DNA of 64,000 nt from Bacilli bacterium. Its GTDB lineage: Bacteria; Bacillota_I; Bacilli_A; RFN20; CAG-826. Within the stretch, counting starts at the first letter, position 1; each line of letters begins with the position of its first letter. Location of the stretch: NCBI GenBank assembly GCA_024408505.1, contig JAKSUZ010000006.1, positions 2,073 through 66,072 on the forward strand, given 5' to 3'. The notes under the pieces are model-generated. The model did no database searches. It worked only from the letters and a program-made list of their open reading frames with translations, and had not been told where the DNA came from. Made by a program: the position numbers and the translations under genes. This document shows, piece by piece, positions 51,553-61,224 of this stretch.

Positions 51553-53010
51553 TTAAATTAATGTGAGATATAAGTTCATACCAATTGCGGTAAGAATGGT
51601 TGCAATTGGGAATGCAGCGGCATATGCGTTCGCCACGTCGTCGGTTTTGGCCATGCCAATTAATGCGCCTAACGCTGGAGTAGAAGTCATACTACCAGTA
51701 ATAGCGCCTAAGTTATTTAATAAAGGTAATTTAAATATGTATTTACCCATAAAGTAACCGCCTATCATCGGAATCACAGTAATAATCACTCCGAGTAAAA
51801 TTGCATAAACAATAGTAACCGGATCAATTCCACCTGTAGAAGCGCTATTAATAATCTTATAGCCACCAACAATACCGATACCAGCTAAGAAGACAATTAA
51901 ACCAAATTCACGGAAGGTTTTATTAACATTCGCTGGAACTTTAAATGACATTTTGCCAATATGTCCGAAGTGACCAAAGATAATACAGCTAAGTAAACAA
52001 CCACCGGTGGTGCCTAGTGAGAAACATGGTCCTGCGAATCCATCTGGAGTTAATGGAATAGTTATTGCGCCAACTAATAAACCAGCAAAAGCGGCGATTG
52101 AGAATGGCACTAAACCAAACGAATCTACTTCAAAATAAGTTTTATCTAAACCCTGTCTCTGTTTTTCTTCTTCGGCTTTTTCTTCATTCATTTCTTGTTT
52201 TAAAGCTTTGACGATTAATAGACCTCTTTCCATGCTCATATCCGCTTTTAAGATCTTAGGCATTAATTGAATGAAAAGAACAACACCTAAAACGCCTAAA
52301 GGATAAGTAACTGCATATCCAATCGTTACTAAAGTAACTGCTTGGTCACCAGCAGCTTTTGCTACTTCTTGTGCCGCGGCTAAAGCAGGAGTAGAAGTAA
52401 TAGCGCCTGAGAAAATACCTGAAGCGTAGAATGGACCAATGCCAGGAATCAAACCAATTAAAGCGGTTAATAAAATGCCGACTAAAGTGACAGAAACTCC
52501 CATAGTAATAAATGATTTAGCGTTTGTTTTAAAACTTCTAAAGAAAGTAGGACCTGCAATAAATCCAACTGCGGAAGCAAATAAAATTAATCCGAAATTT
52601 TCAAGAACATCACCATAAATAGTGATATCATGAATCCCTTTTGTAGCATCTTCTACTAATACAAATTGGCCAATCCAAGGAGTATCAGGAGGTATAGCGG
52701 CAAAAGCGATGCCGACTCCGAGCGCGACTAAGAATACACCGGCTGAACCAAAAGAAACGCCTTTAATAGTAATGCGACCAATCGCAAGGCCGATAGCTAA
52801 AATTAAAAATAATCCAATAAATCTAGCTAAGTGTTGCCCGACGACAACTGGACCAACTTTTCCTTCTGGATCAGGTGGTGCAAAATTACACCAAACAACA
52901 ATTAGTGCTAATAAAACAACCCCAAAACAAATCCAAAAAACTTTATTTTTGAACAATGATTTAAAAAAGTTTGGTTTTTGGGAAGAAGAGCTTTTCTTTT
53001 TCTCAGCCAT
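51553..53010 (-). CDS. AspT/YidE/YbjL-family transporter lacking TrkA-C domains
   Basis: Duplicated G(A/S)xTSTPAL motifs, GYAVTYPLG; only a short charged linker between the halves. Confidence 0.85.
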   Translation of the reverse strand: MAEKKKSSSSQKPNFFKSLFKNKVFWICFGVVLLALIVVWCNFAPPDPEGKVGPVVVGQHLARFIGLFLILAIGLAIGRITIKGVSFGSAGVFLVALGVGIAFAAIPPDTPWIGQFVLVEDATKGIHDITIYGDVLENFGLILFASAVGFIAGPTFFRSFKTNAKSFITMGVSVTLVGILLTALIGLIPGIGPFYASGIFSGAITSTPALAAAQEVAKAAGDQAVTLVTIGYAVTYPLGVLGVVLFIQLMPKILKADMSMERGLLIVKALKQEMNEEKAEEEKQRQGLDKTYFEVDSFGLVPFSIAAFAGLLVGAITIPLTPDGFAGPCFSLGTTGGCLLSCIIFGHFGHIGKMSFKVPANVNKTFREFGLIVFLAGIGIVGGYKIINSASTGGIDPVTIVYAILLGVIITVIPMIGGYFMGKYIFKLPLLNNLGAITGSMTSTPALGALIGMAKTDDVANAYAAAFPIATILTAIGMNLYLTLI

Positions 53011-53045
53011 CTTATTTATAATTATAACTTAAAATAAATAAAAAA

Positions 53046-53070
53046 TAAAAAGCACCTTTTGGTGCTCTTT
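53046..53070 (-). terminator. Intrinsic terminator after xylA
   Basis: Minus strand AGCACC-AAAA-GGTGCT followed by T-runs. Confidence 0.75.
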
Positions 53071-53084
53071 ATTATTGTGGTTAA

Positions 53085-54404
53085 TTATTTACCATGAATG
53101 ATTTGATTTATAATGCTCTGCATGAGCTCTTGATGGTTGCTCTTAGGAAGCTTTGCATCCTTCATCTTACAAGCATATTTACTGAGTTCTTCTAGAGTAG
53201 TCTTACCACTAACAATCTTTTTACCAATGCCTGTATTAAATGAAGCATATTTCTCTTTGATCATCTTATCAATACGTCCGTCTTTAATTAACTTATCTGC
53301 ATTAATTAATCCTAAAGCATAGGTATCCATACCTAAGATATAACCATAGAACATATCTTCTTTGGTGTAAGAACCACGGCGGTTCTTTGCATCAAAGTTA
53401 AATCCACCGGTTAAACCTTTACTCTTAAGTACTTCATACATTGCCATCGTAGCGGTATGAACATCAAATGGGAATTCATCAGTATCCCATCCTAAGATTG
53501 GATCGCCTTGGTTCGCATCAATACTTCCTAACATATTATTTAAACGAGATACTCTTAATTCATGTTCAAAAGTATGACCCGCTAAAGTAGCGTGATTAGC
53601 CTCGATATTTAACTTAAAGTCTTTATCTAACCCATAATGACGTAAGAAATTAATGGCGGTATTAGCATCAAAGTCATATTGATGTTTCATTGGTTCTTTG
53701 GGTTTTGGTTCAATATAGAAATCGCCTTTAAAACCAATCTTACGACCATACTTAACGGCCATTTTCATGAGTCGAGCGATATTATCAAGCTCTAATTGCA
53801 TATCAGTATTTAATAAATGCTCATAGCCTTCTCTTCCGCCCCAAAAGACATATCCGCGACCACCGAGTTTAACGGTAATATCAAGCGCTTTCTTGACTTT
53901 TGCGGCTGCAAAGGCAAAGACATCCGCACTACTAGTGGAACCCGCTCCAGCGAAGAATTTGGGGTTAGAGAACATATTAGAAGTACCCCAAAGACACTTA
54001 ATACCGGTTTGTTTCATCTTTTTTAAGATATAATCGCTAATTTCATCTAAACGCTTATAGTTAACGTTAATATCATTGGTTTCAGGGATTAAATCCGCAT
54101 CATGCCAGCAGAAATAATGAATGCCAAGTTTTTGCATAAATTCAAAACCTGCATCAACTTTAGCCTTAGCGTGATCCATGGTGCCAATCTTTCTATTGAA
54201 AGATTTATCCATGGTATCAGTACCAAACATATCCGTTCCTTGAGCGCATAAATTGTGCCACCAAGCCATCGCAAAAGGGAGATGATCCTTCATTTTCTTA
54301 CCGGCTACTACCTTATTTTCATCATAATAATGAAAAGCTAAGGGATTTTTACTGCTCGGGCCTTCATATTTAATTTTTTTAATGTTAGGGAAGTATTCTT
54401 TCAT
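53085..54404 (-). CDS. xylA: Xylose isomerase (class II)
   Basis: [51 protein letters not shown]. Confidence 0.97.
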   Translation of the reverse strand: MKEYFPNIKKIKYEGPSSKNPLAFHYYDENKVVAGKKMKDHLPFAMAWWHNLCAQGTDMFGTDTMDKSFNRKIGTMDHAKAKVDAGFEFMQKLGIHYFCWHDADLIPETNDINVNYKRLDEISDYILKKMKQTGIKCLWGTSNMFSNPKFFAGAGSTSSADVFAFAAAKVKKALDITVKLGGRGYVFWGGREGYEHLLNTDMQLELDNIARLMKMAVKYGRKIGFKGDFYIEPKPKEPMKHQYDFDANTAINFLRHYGLDKDFKLNIEANHATLAGHTFEHELRVSRLNNMLGSIDANQGDPILGWDTDEFPFDVHTATMAMYEVLKSKGLTGGFNFDAKNRRGSYTKEDMFYGYILGMDTYALGLINADKLIKDGRIDKMIKEKYASFNTGIGKKIVSGKTTLEELSKYACKMKDAKLPKSNHQELMQSIINQIIHGK

Positions 54405-54502
54405 AAATTTACCTCATAGTAAGCATTATATAACTAATCTTAAATAAATAATTTATTATTTAGATATTTTTTAGTTTATAATATATTCAGTTTACATTAT
54501 TA

Positions 54503-56026
54503 GTGATTATGAAGAAAAACACTTTAAAAATCATAACCATTGTAAGCGCTTCCTTTATAGCGACATCTTGTTCTTTATTTCAAACCAAATATTTTGACTG
54601 GTTAAAATCTACAAATAATAACACTGAGATTAACTATTGTCTTTTAATTGGTCAAAATGAGCATAGTGACTCTATTGAAAGAACTAGGTACACGCGCGAA
54701 GCTTTACACACACGTGACGCTGCGTCTGAAATTAACGGAAATGCTAACTTAGGCACCCCTAAGATTGGTCAACTCACCTTAGGTGGCAAAAGTTCAACCG
54801 ATCCATTAAATCCAGCCCCAGAACGCGAATTTAAGGTAACTGAGCTTGAACATATGGAGCAAAAGTCCTTAGCAGGCGTTGTTTGGGACTCAATTACCGC
54901 AAACGGGACCACTTCAACCTGGATTAGTAAACATAATGAGAAAATCACCATGATTATTTCTAATAATGATGGCATGGCCGAAGGCGCCTTATTCGCCTCT
55001 AATTACATTAAAGATTTACCATTATTCGGTTATGATGCAAACACCTCAACCCTTAAATTAATCACTCAAGGCAAGATTATGGGCACAGTGGATCAAAATG
55101 CATCTGCTCAAACTTCAGCCGCCTATTTAATGATTAGAAATATCCTAGAGGATATTGATAATAAGGCTAATGGCATCGGAACAACGGCTTATAATCCCTT
55201 AAATCGTGGATTTAATGGGGAAGAAAGCGCAACAGCGGATGGCATTTATATTGAAGGCTTTAATAGCGATACCCAAATAACTGAATTAGAGAAAGAAGGA
55301 ATAACTAATCCATTCCATGATGATCGTTCGCCTAATAACATGGATTTAAGCAAAACTGACGGGTATCATCAAATTTTATCGAAAAGTATCGCGATTGACG
55401 ATACAAATATCGATACTTTCGTTGATGAAAGCGGTGAAGTTCGTAAACCACACGATTTAGCATGGTCAGATATCGGTTATGTTCATAAAAAGGGTAGTAA
55501 AAAACCTAATAAAACCTATAACATATGTCATGTTTATAACAACGCTGCTGAAGTCTATTTACAAGGAACAATGCATGACTATTATGTTGAATATGATGAT
55601 GAATTAGGTTTAGCCATCCAAAAGATTGATGGCGATGGGGTTGATGAACAAAAGATTTTCTCCCAATTAGAAGGCGCTTGCGCAGGTACTCAATTTGATG
55701 CTTTCTTAATTAACATGGTTACTACCACTGATGGTGGAACATTTGTAGATAACATTTCTAAATATGCTGCATCCAAAGAAGGAAAGGGTAATCCACCTAA
55801 AGGTGGATGGGATAAATGGGAAGACCGTTTAGACACTCCATTAATCTTCTGGAATAAACAGCCACAAACGGTTGATGGTAAAGTCGATGTAGATACCATG
55901 AATAATAAATACTTTAAGTATACTTATTTTGTAGGAGTCGATGCTTCTTATGGCGGACAAGAACAAGGAAATATGATTGTTCGTTATCTCGAACGCCAAT
56001 ACGAGAATAGCATTAAAAATAAATAA
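54503..56026 (+). CDS. Sugar ABC substrate-binding lipoprotein (MglB/GGBP-like, circularly permuted), paralog 1
   Basis: Lipobox IATSC; HSDSIERT, WD, SNNDGMA, FGYDA precede AFLINMV, PLIFWNKQP, YFVGVDASYGGQEQG. Start may be ATG 54509. Confidence 0.88.
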   Translation: MIMKKNTLKIITIVSASFIATSCSLFQTKYFDWLKSTNNNTEINYCLLIGQNEHSDSIERTRYTREALHTRDAASEINGNANLGTPKIGQLTLGGKSSTDPLNPAPEREFKVTELEHMEQKSLAGVVWDSITANGTTSTWISKHNEKITMIISNNDGMAEGALFASNYIKDLPLFGYDANTSTLKLITQGKIMGTVDQNASAQTSAAYLMIRNILEDIDNKANGIGTTAYNPLNRGFNGEESATADGIYIEGFNSDTQITELEKEGITNPFHDDRSPNNMDLSKTDGYHQILSKSIAIDDTNIDTFVDESGEVRKPHDLAWSDIGYVHKKGSKKPNKTYNICHVYNNAAEVYLQGTMHDYYVEYDDELGLAIQKIDGDGVDEQKIFSQLEGACAGTQFDAFLINMVTTTDGGTFVDNISKYAASKEGKGNPPKGGWDKWEDRLDTPLIFWNKQPQTVDGKVDVDTMNNKYFKYTYFVGVDASYGGQEQGNMIVRYLERQYENSIKNK

Positions 56027-56028
56027 TT

Positions 56029-57582
56029 ATGAATAAACGTCCGTTATTACTTCTATCATCATTATCAATAATTGCATTAACTTCGTGTGGATTATTAAAT
56101 AAACATACTTGGAGTTGGACTGCTTCTACTGAAGGTTACAAAATAAACTATTGTTTATTAATTGGCCAAATTGATCATAACGATTCTATGAATCGTACCC
56201 GTGGTGTGCGGGATCAGCTTGATACTAGAGTAGAAGAAAAATATCGGAAAGATAATTACAACCTTGAAGGAGTTAAACAAGGTGAAGTTACTTTAGGCAA
56301 AGGCACCGCTCATGAACATAAATTTGTGACTACCGAACTTGAAAGCTTAGAACAGAAATCATTTTCCGGCGCTACTTGGGATCCGATTACCGCTAATACA
56401 ACTACTGGTACTTGGATTGGTAAACATGGTAAGAATATTACTTGTTTTGTCTCCAATAACGATGGTATGGCGGAAGGCGCTATTCGAGCCTTTAACTGGT
56501 ATCAAGGTATGCCAATCTTTGGCTATGATGCCAATATGTCGACTTTAAAACTAATTAACCAGGATAAGATTATGGGTACGATTGATTCCAATACCGCTGG
56601 TCAATGCTTAGTGACTTCAGTTATTGTTCGTAATATCCACAATGCTTCAAAGAAGAGAGCGGAATATAATGGCATGAGTCTTATTGAAAAGATGTGGAAA
56701 GAAGAAGGTAAACCTTATAACCCAATTTATGAAGGTTTCCAATATGATGATGAAGAATATGCTGCTGAAGCAGGCACCGAAGTACGTGGACATAATGAAA
56801 TTTCTTATGGTACTGGCTATGTTCATAGCACAGTTACTTTTGATGGATGCCTTAACGATGATTTAACTAATAATCCTAAATCTAACCATGCTATTCTTTT
56901 GAAGAATAGAACGGTAACTAAAGATAAATATACCGAAGGCATTGATCCAAGTGCGATTAAAACTAATTTCTTCTTTAATCCAGATACTGGCGAAGCATTA
57001 ACGCCAAAAGAAATATATGATAACGCTGAAGGCGCTAATGTTGAAGATAAAAATCCAGTTATCCCTAATAAACAAGATGAACCAGTGCGTGCTTGGCAAT
57101 CTTGGTATAGTGATACGGATACTTTCTTCTCTGGAAATATGGATCCTTACTTTGTAATTACACAAGATTCAAATATGTTTAATATAGCAGTAACACCAGC
57201 CAAAAGTGATGGGGCAAATGAAGATAAAAACCTTAATGCTTTAAGCGCAGTCTTAACTAAAAGTGAAAGTGAGAGGCCAAACGCTTTCTTAATTAATCCA
57301 GTTCAACAACCTAATTCAGTTCAATACATTACTAGAATTGCCGACGGACTTAAATTACAAGAAGAAGATGAATGGATTAATCGAAGTGATATTCCGATTA
57401 TTTTCTGGAATCGTCAACCAACTGATCTACATGGCGCGATATCAACTGAATCCGTTATGAATAATAAATACTTTAAATACACTTATTATATTGGCTTTGA
57501 TGCGGCTCAAGGCGGCGAACTACAAGGTCAAATGGTTAAGTCGTGGTTAAACAAAAAGTATATGGAGCAATTTGAAAATTAG
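56029..57582 (+). CDS. Sugar ABC substrate-binding lipoprotein (MglB/GGBP-like, circularly permuted), paralog 2
   Basis: Lipobox LTSC; HNDSMNRT, GATWD, SNNDGMA, FGYDA precede AFLINPV, PIIFWNRQP, YYIGFDAAQGGELQG. Confidence 0.88.
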   Translation: MNKRPLLLLSSLSIIALTSCGLLNKHTWSWTASTEGYKINYCLLIGQIDHNDSMNRTRGVRDQLDTRVEEKYRKDNYNLEGVKQGEVTLGKGTAHEHKFVTTELESLEQKSFSGATWDPITANTTTGTWIGKHGKNITCFVSNNDGMAEGAIRAFNWYQGMPIFGYDANMSTLKLINQDKIMGTIDSNTAGQCLVTSVIVRNIHNASKKRAEYNGMSLIEKMWKEEGKPYNPIYEGFQYDDEEYAAEAGTEVRGHNEISYGTGYVHSTVTFDGCLNDDLTNNPKSNHAILLKNRTVTKDKYTEGIDPSAIKTNFFFNPDTGEALTPKEIYDNAEGANVEDKNPVIPNKQDEPVRAWQSWYSDTDTFFSGNMDPYFVITQDSNMFNIAVTPAKSDGANEDKNLNALSAVLTKSESERPNAFLINPVQQPNSVQYITRIADGLKLQEEDEWINRSDIPIIFWNRQPTDLHGAISTESVMNNKYFKYTYYIGFDAAQGGELQGQMVKSWLNKKYMEQFEN

Positions 57583-57593
57583 CGGAGGAGCAG

Positions 57594-59108
57594 ATGATGA
57601 AAAAGAAAGTTAGCAACAGCAAATACGTTCTCGAAATTATTAACTTATCAAAAGCCTTTGGTAAGAACCAAGTTCTTTGTGGCGTTAATATTAGAGTCCC
57701 GCGTGGTACGGTTATGGGTCTGATGGGTGAAAATGGTGCGGGCAAATCAACCTTAATGAAATGTTTATTTGGTATGTACGCGAAAGATACCGGAACCTTC
57801 CGTTTAGATGGTAAAGAAATTGATTTTAAATCGAGTAAAGAAGCGTTAGAAAGTGGTGTAGCGATGGTGCACCAAGAATTAAACCAATGTTTAAATAGAA
57901 CGATTCAAGATAACTTATTCTTAGGGCGTTATCTTACGAATGCAGGCATTGTTAATGAAAAGGCTATGTATAAGCGTTCACTTGAATTATTCTCACGCTT
58001 AGACATGAAATTTAATCCTAAGATGATGATTCGTGATTTATCAGTTTCGCAAAGACAGATGGTCGAAATTGCCCGTGCGATTTCTTATAACTCAAAAGTA
58101 ATCATCTTAGATGAACCAACTTCATCGTTATCTGAAAGAGAAACTAGAAAACTATTTGAAATTATTAATAATTTAAAGAAAACAGGTGTAAGCTTCGTCT
58201 TCATTTCTCATAAGATGAACGAAATCTTTGAACTATGTGATAACATCACGGTCCTTCGTGATGGTTTAGTTACGCTAGATAAACCAATCCCAAAGACTAA
58301 CTTAGATGAAGTAGTTAAGGCGATGATCGGAAGAAGCTTAACTAGTCGCTTCCCACCTCTAACTAATAAACCAGGCGAAGTAATCTTAAAAGTTAGAGCG
58401 CTTGAAACTAAATATAAACCATACTTACGTGATATTGACTTTGATTTAAAGAAAGGTGAAATCTTAGGCGTATATGGTCTAGTAGGCGCGGGTAGAAGTG
58501 AATTACTTGAATGCTTATTCGGTTGCCGTACCATAGGTACTGGTGCGATTCGTTATCACGATAAACGAGTATTATTTACTACTCCAAAAGAAGCAATGGA
58601 TCATAACTTTGCATTCGTGACTGAAGAAAGAAAGGTATCAGGCATGTTCGCTAATTGTAACTTAACCTTTAATACTTGTATTACTAACCTAGATAAATAT
58701 AAATCTAGAACTATGTTAATTAATAGCAAGATGAATAAAGCAGCCGATTTACAAATTGGTCAAATGCACGTTAAGTGCAGTAGCCGTAATGATATGATTC
58801 TTAACTTATCGGGTGGTAATCAACAAAAAGTTATTATTGGTAAGTGGCTTGAAAGAGCACCGGATGTATTCTTAATGGATGAACCAACCCGTGGTATTGA
58901 TATTATGGCTAAGTACCAAATCTATGAATTAATGATTGAACTCGCGAAGCGTGGTAAATCAATCATTATGGTAAGTAGTGAAATGCCAGAAATCTTAGGA
59001 GTTACTAATCGAGTAATAGTGATGAGTAACTACCGGATTGCGGGTGAACTAGAAACTAAGAAAGCAACGCAAGAGCAAATTATGCGTCTATGCACAAAAT
59101 ATTTATAA
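57594..59108 (+). CDS. mglA: Sugar ABC transporter ATP-binding protein (tandem domains)
   Basis: GENGAGKSTLMK, MVHQELN, LDEPTSSL, LSGGNQQKV, DEPTRGID. Confidence 0.9.
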   Translation: MMKKKVSNSKYVLEIINLSKAFGKNQVLCGVNIRVPRGTVMGLMGENGAGKSTLMKCLFGMYAKDTGTFRLDGKEIDFKSSKEALESGVAMVHQELNQCLNRTIQDNLFLGRYLTNAGIVNEKAMYKRSLELFSRLDMKFNPKMMIRDLSVSQRQMVEIARAISYNSKVIILDEPTSSLSERETRKLFEIINNLKKTGVSFVFISHKMNEIFELCDNITVLRDGLVTLDKPIPKTNLDEVVKAMIGRSLTSRFPPLTNKPGEVILKVRALETKYKPYLRDIDFDLKKGEILGVYGLVGAGRSELLECLFGCRTIGTGAIRYHDKRVLFTTPKEAMDHNFAFVTEERKVSGMFANCNLTFNTCITNLDKYKSRTMLINSKMNKAADLQIGQMHVKCSSRNDMILNLSGGNQQKVIIGKWLERAPDVFLMDEPTRGIDIMAKYQIYELMIELAKRGKSIIMVSSEMPEILGVTNRVIVMSNYRIAGELETKKATQEQIMRLCTKYL

Positions 59109-59125
59109 TATAAAGGAGATATATT

Positions 59126-61093
59126 ATGGCGAAAAAGAAAGTTATTAAAAAGAAGACGGTTAAGGCTAAAGTTAAGACTTCATCTTCTATGACGATCGCA
59201 ACGGATGAATCAAACACCATTGAAGTCTATGTCAAGAAACACGCGCGTTTCGTGAGCGGTATTCTTGAGGCGCGCAAAAAAGACATTAGTCATGTTTTTG
59301 CGCTTCGGCGTGCAATCATCGATGTTGAGACTGATGAAAAATTAAAACCTGAAACTAAAGAAACAAAGCTTAGTGAACTAAAAGCTCAGCTTAAACAAGC
59401 TAAGATAGATGCTAAGCTTAGTCAAAAGGCCATCGAGAAAACCGTTGATGATGCCATTAAGAATAATTTCTATGATTTAAGAGTTTGTTTCTCTTATCAA
59501 CAAGTTAAGTATCAAGATTATCTTGATGAACTTAATAAATTAAGACGTGATGGTGAAAATAAGATCATCGCGCTTCGTAATGAAATCCAAGATATCATCT
59601 TGAATAAACAAATTGAAAAACACGAGAAGAGAGAATTAATTGATAACAATATTAAAGAATTAAAGAAAGCAAGAGAGAACGCTAAGTTAATGAAGAAAGA
59701 GGTTAAAGCCGTTCTTCATGAAGCCATGGTGTTATCTAAACTTGACTCTAAACAATATATGCGTCTTGTGAAGGCGGGTAATAAATATGACAATAATTTA
59801 TCACGTACGCAATATAAGGACATGTGCAAAACTATTAATGAAATGCACACGAAGCGTGTTATTCAATTAAAGAGTGAAGCTAAAGATAAGAAAGCGTTAG
59901 CTGTTGACTTAAAAGCTGAAAATATTGCTTACTCCAGTAAACTTAACGAAGCGAAGACCGCTAAAGTTGAAGCGATTGATCGTTCTAAAGAATTACGCTA
60001 TTCATCCTTTATGAATAAATACGCGTATACCGGTAAGCTCAAGCATGATCATCACCCAATTGGTGAGTGGTTCCGCTTTAAATATGAAAACTACATTGCT
60101 AACTTTAATCTCCAGAATTGGTTATTAAAGAATGCATTATATGTAGTTATCCTTGTAGTTTTCGCTGCCTTAGTCGGTATGACTGGTGGTGGTCTACTTA
60201 AAGGTGAGTCACTTTTAGGTGCTTTAGTCCAGATTTCGCCAAAGATCTTCTTCGCGTTAGGCGTCGCGGGTCTAATTCTATTAGGAGGCACGGACTTAAG
60301 TATTGGACGACTAACCGGTGTAGGTGTTTCCTTTACCTTAATGATATTATCTAACGATATTTATCCTGATATTAATGGTAACGCGTGGTGGATATTTACG
60401 ACCGCGCCAGGCGCAGTAAAAATTATTACAGCCTTATTAATTTCAATCCTCTTATGTACTTTCTTTACTACTTTCGCTGGTTTCTTTACCGCGAAGTTTA
60501 AGATGCATCCATTCATTTCAACCTTAGCGGTGCAGCTTATTTCTTATGGTTTCTTCCAAATCTTCTGGTCAGCAACCTCGAGCTTCTCACCTGATACCGA
60601 TCTACTCGCTGCGTTACGTGGCCCGCAATCTATATTATTAGTTATATACGCGATTATCGCGATATTAATTGTTTGGTTTATTTGGAACAAAACGAAGTTT
60701 GGTAAACACATGTACGCGGTGGGTGGTAACCAAGAAGCCGCAACCGTTTCTGGTATTTCTCCATTTAAGATTACAATGCTCGCGTTCGTAATGGCGGGTA
60801 TTCTCTATGGTTTTGGTGGATTTGTCCAAGCGATTCAAACTGGTACTGGTAACTTTAACTCAGGTTATGGTACTGAAACTGACGCGATTGCCGCGTGCGT
60901 TATAGGTGGTATCTCATTTAGTGGTGGTGTTGGTAAAGTCGGCGGTGCAGTTATAGGCGCGATTATATTAGGGTTCTTAACGTATGCGTTCGCTTATATA
61001 GGTGTTAACTCCAACTTACAGCTCCTCATCAAGGGTGTCATTATTCTCATCGCAGTGGCTCTTGACTGTGTGAAATATTTACGTAAAAAATAA
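59126..61093 (+). CDS. mglC: Sugar ABC permease with long N-terminal coiled-coil extension
   Basis: GTDLSIGR, HPFISTL, FGKHMYAVGGNQEAA, DAIAACVIGGISF; ~330-aa charged N-terminus. Confidence 0.88.
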   Translation: MAKKKVIKKKTVKAKVKTSSSMTIATDESNTIEVYVKKHARFVSGILEARKKDISHVFALRRAIIDVETDEKLKPETKETKLSELKAQLKQAKIDAKLSQKAIEKTVDDAIKNNFYDLRVCFSYQQVKYQDYLDELNKLRRDGENKIIALRNEIQDIILNKQIEKHEKRELIDNNIKELKKARENAKLMKKEVKAVLHEAMVLSKLDSKQYMRLVKAGNKYDNNLSRTQYKDMCKTINEMHTKRVIQLKSEAKDKKALAVDLKAENIAYSSKLNEAKTAKVEAIDRSKELRYSSFMNKYAYTGKLKHDHHPIGEWFRFKYENYIANFNLQNWLLKNALYVVILVVFAALVGMTGGGLLKGESLLGALVQISPKIFFALGVAGLILLGGTDLSIGRLTGVGVSFTLMILSNDIYPDINGNAWWIFTTAPGAVKIITALLISILLCTFFTTFAGFFTAKFKMHPFISTLAVQLISYGFFQIFWSATSSFSPDTDLLAALRGPQSILLVIYAIIAILIVWFIWNKTKFGKHMYAVGGNQEAATVSGISPFKITMLAFVMAGILYGFGGFVQAIQTGTGNFNSGYGTETDAIAACVIGGISFSGGVGKVGGAVIGAIILGFLTYAFAYIGVNSNLQLLIKGVIILIAVALDCVKYLRKK

Positions 61094-61109
61094 AAAAATT
61101 ACAAATTCT

Positions 61110-61133
61110 AAAGCGCCCCCTCGGGGGCGTTTT
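61110..61133 (+). terminator. Intrinsic terminator of the sugar ABC operon
   Basis: AAAGCGCCCC-CTCG-GGGGCGTTTT. Confidence 0.85.
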
Positions 61134-61157
61134 AATAGATGTCATCGGAAAAAATAT

Positions 61158-61186
61158 TTGACATTCCTTATTTATATTATTAGTAT
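61158..61186 (+). promoter_or_regulatory. Sigma-A-type promoter of the lipoprotein array
   Basis: TTGACA-17 nt-TAGTAT; AAGGAG SD downstream. Confidence 0.55.
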
Positions 61187-61224
61187 ATAGGCACAGTTAT
61201 TCTAAAAAAGGAGATTTGTTAGAT

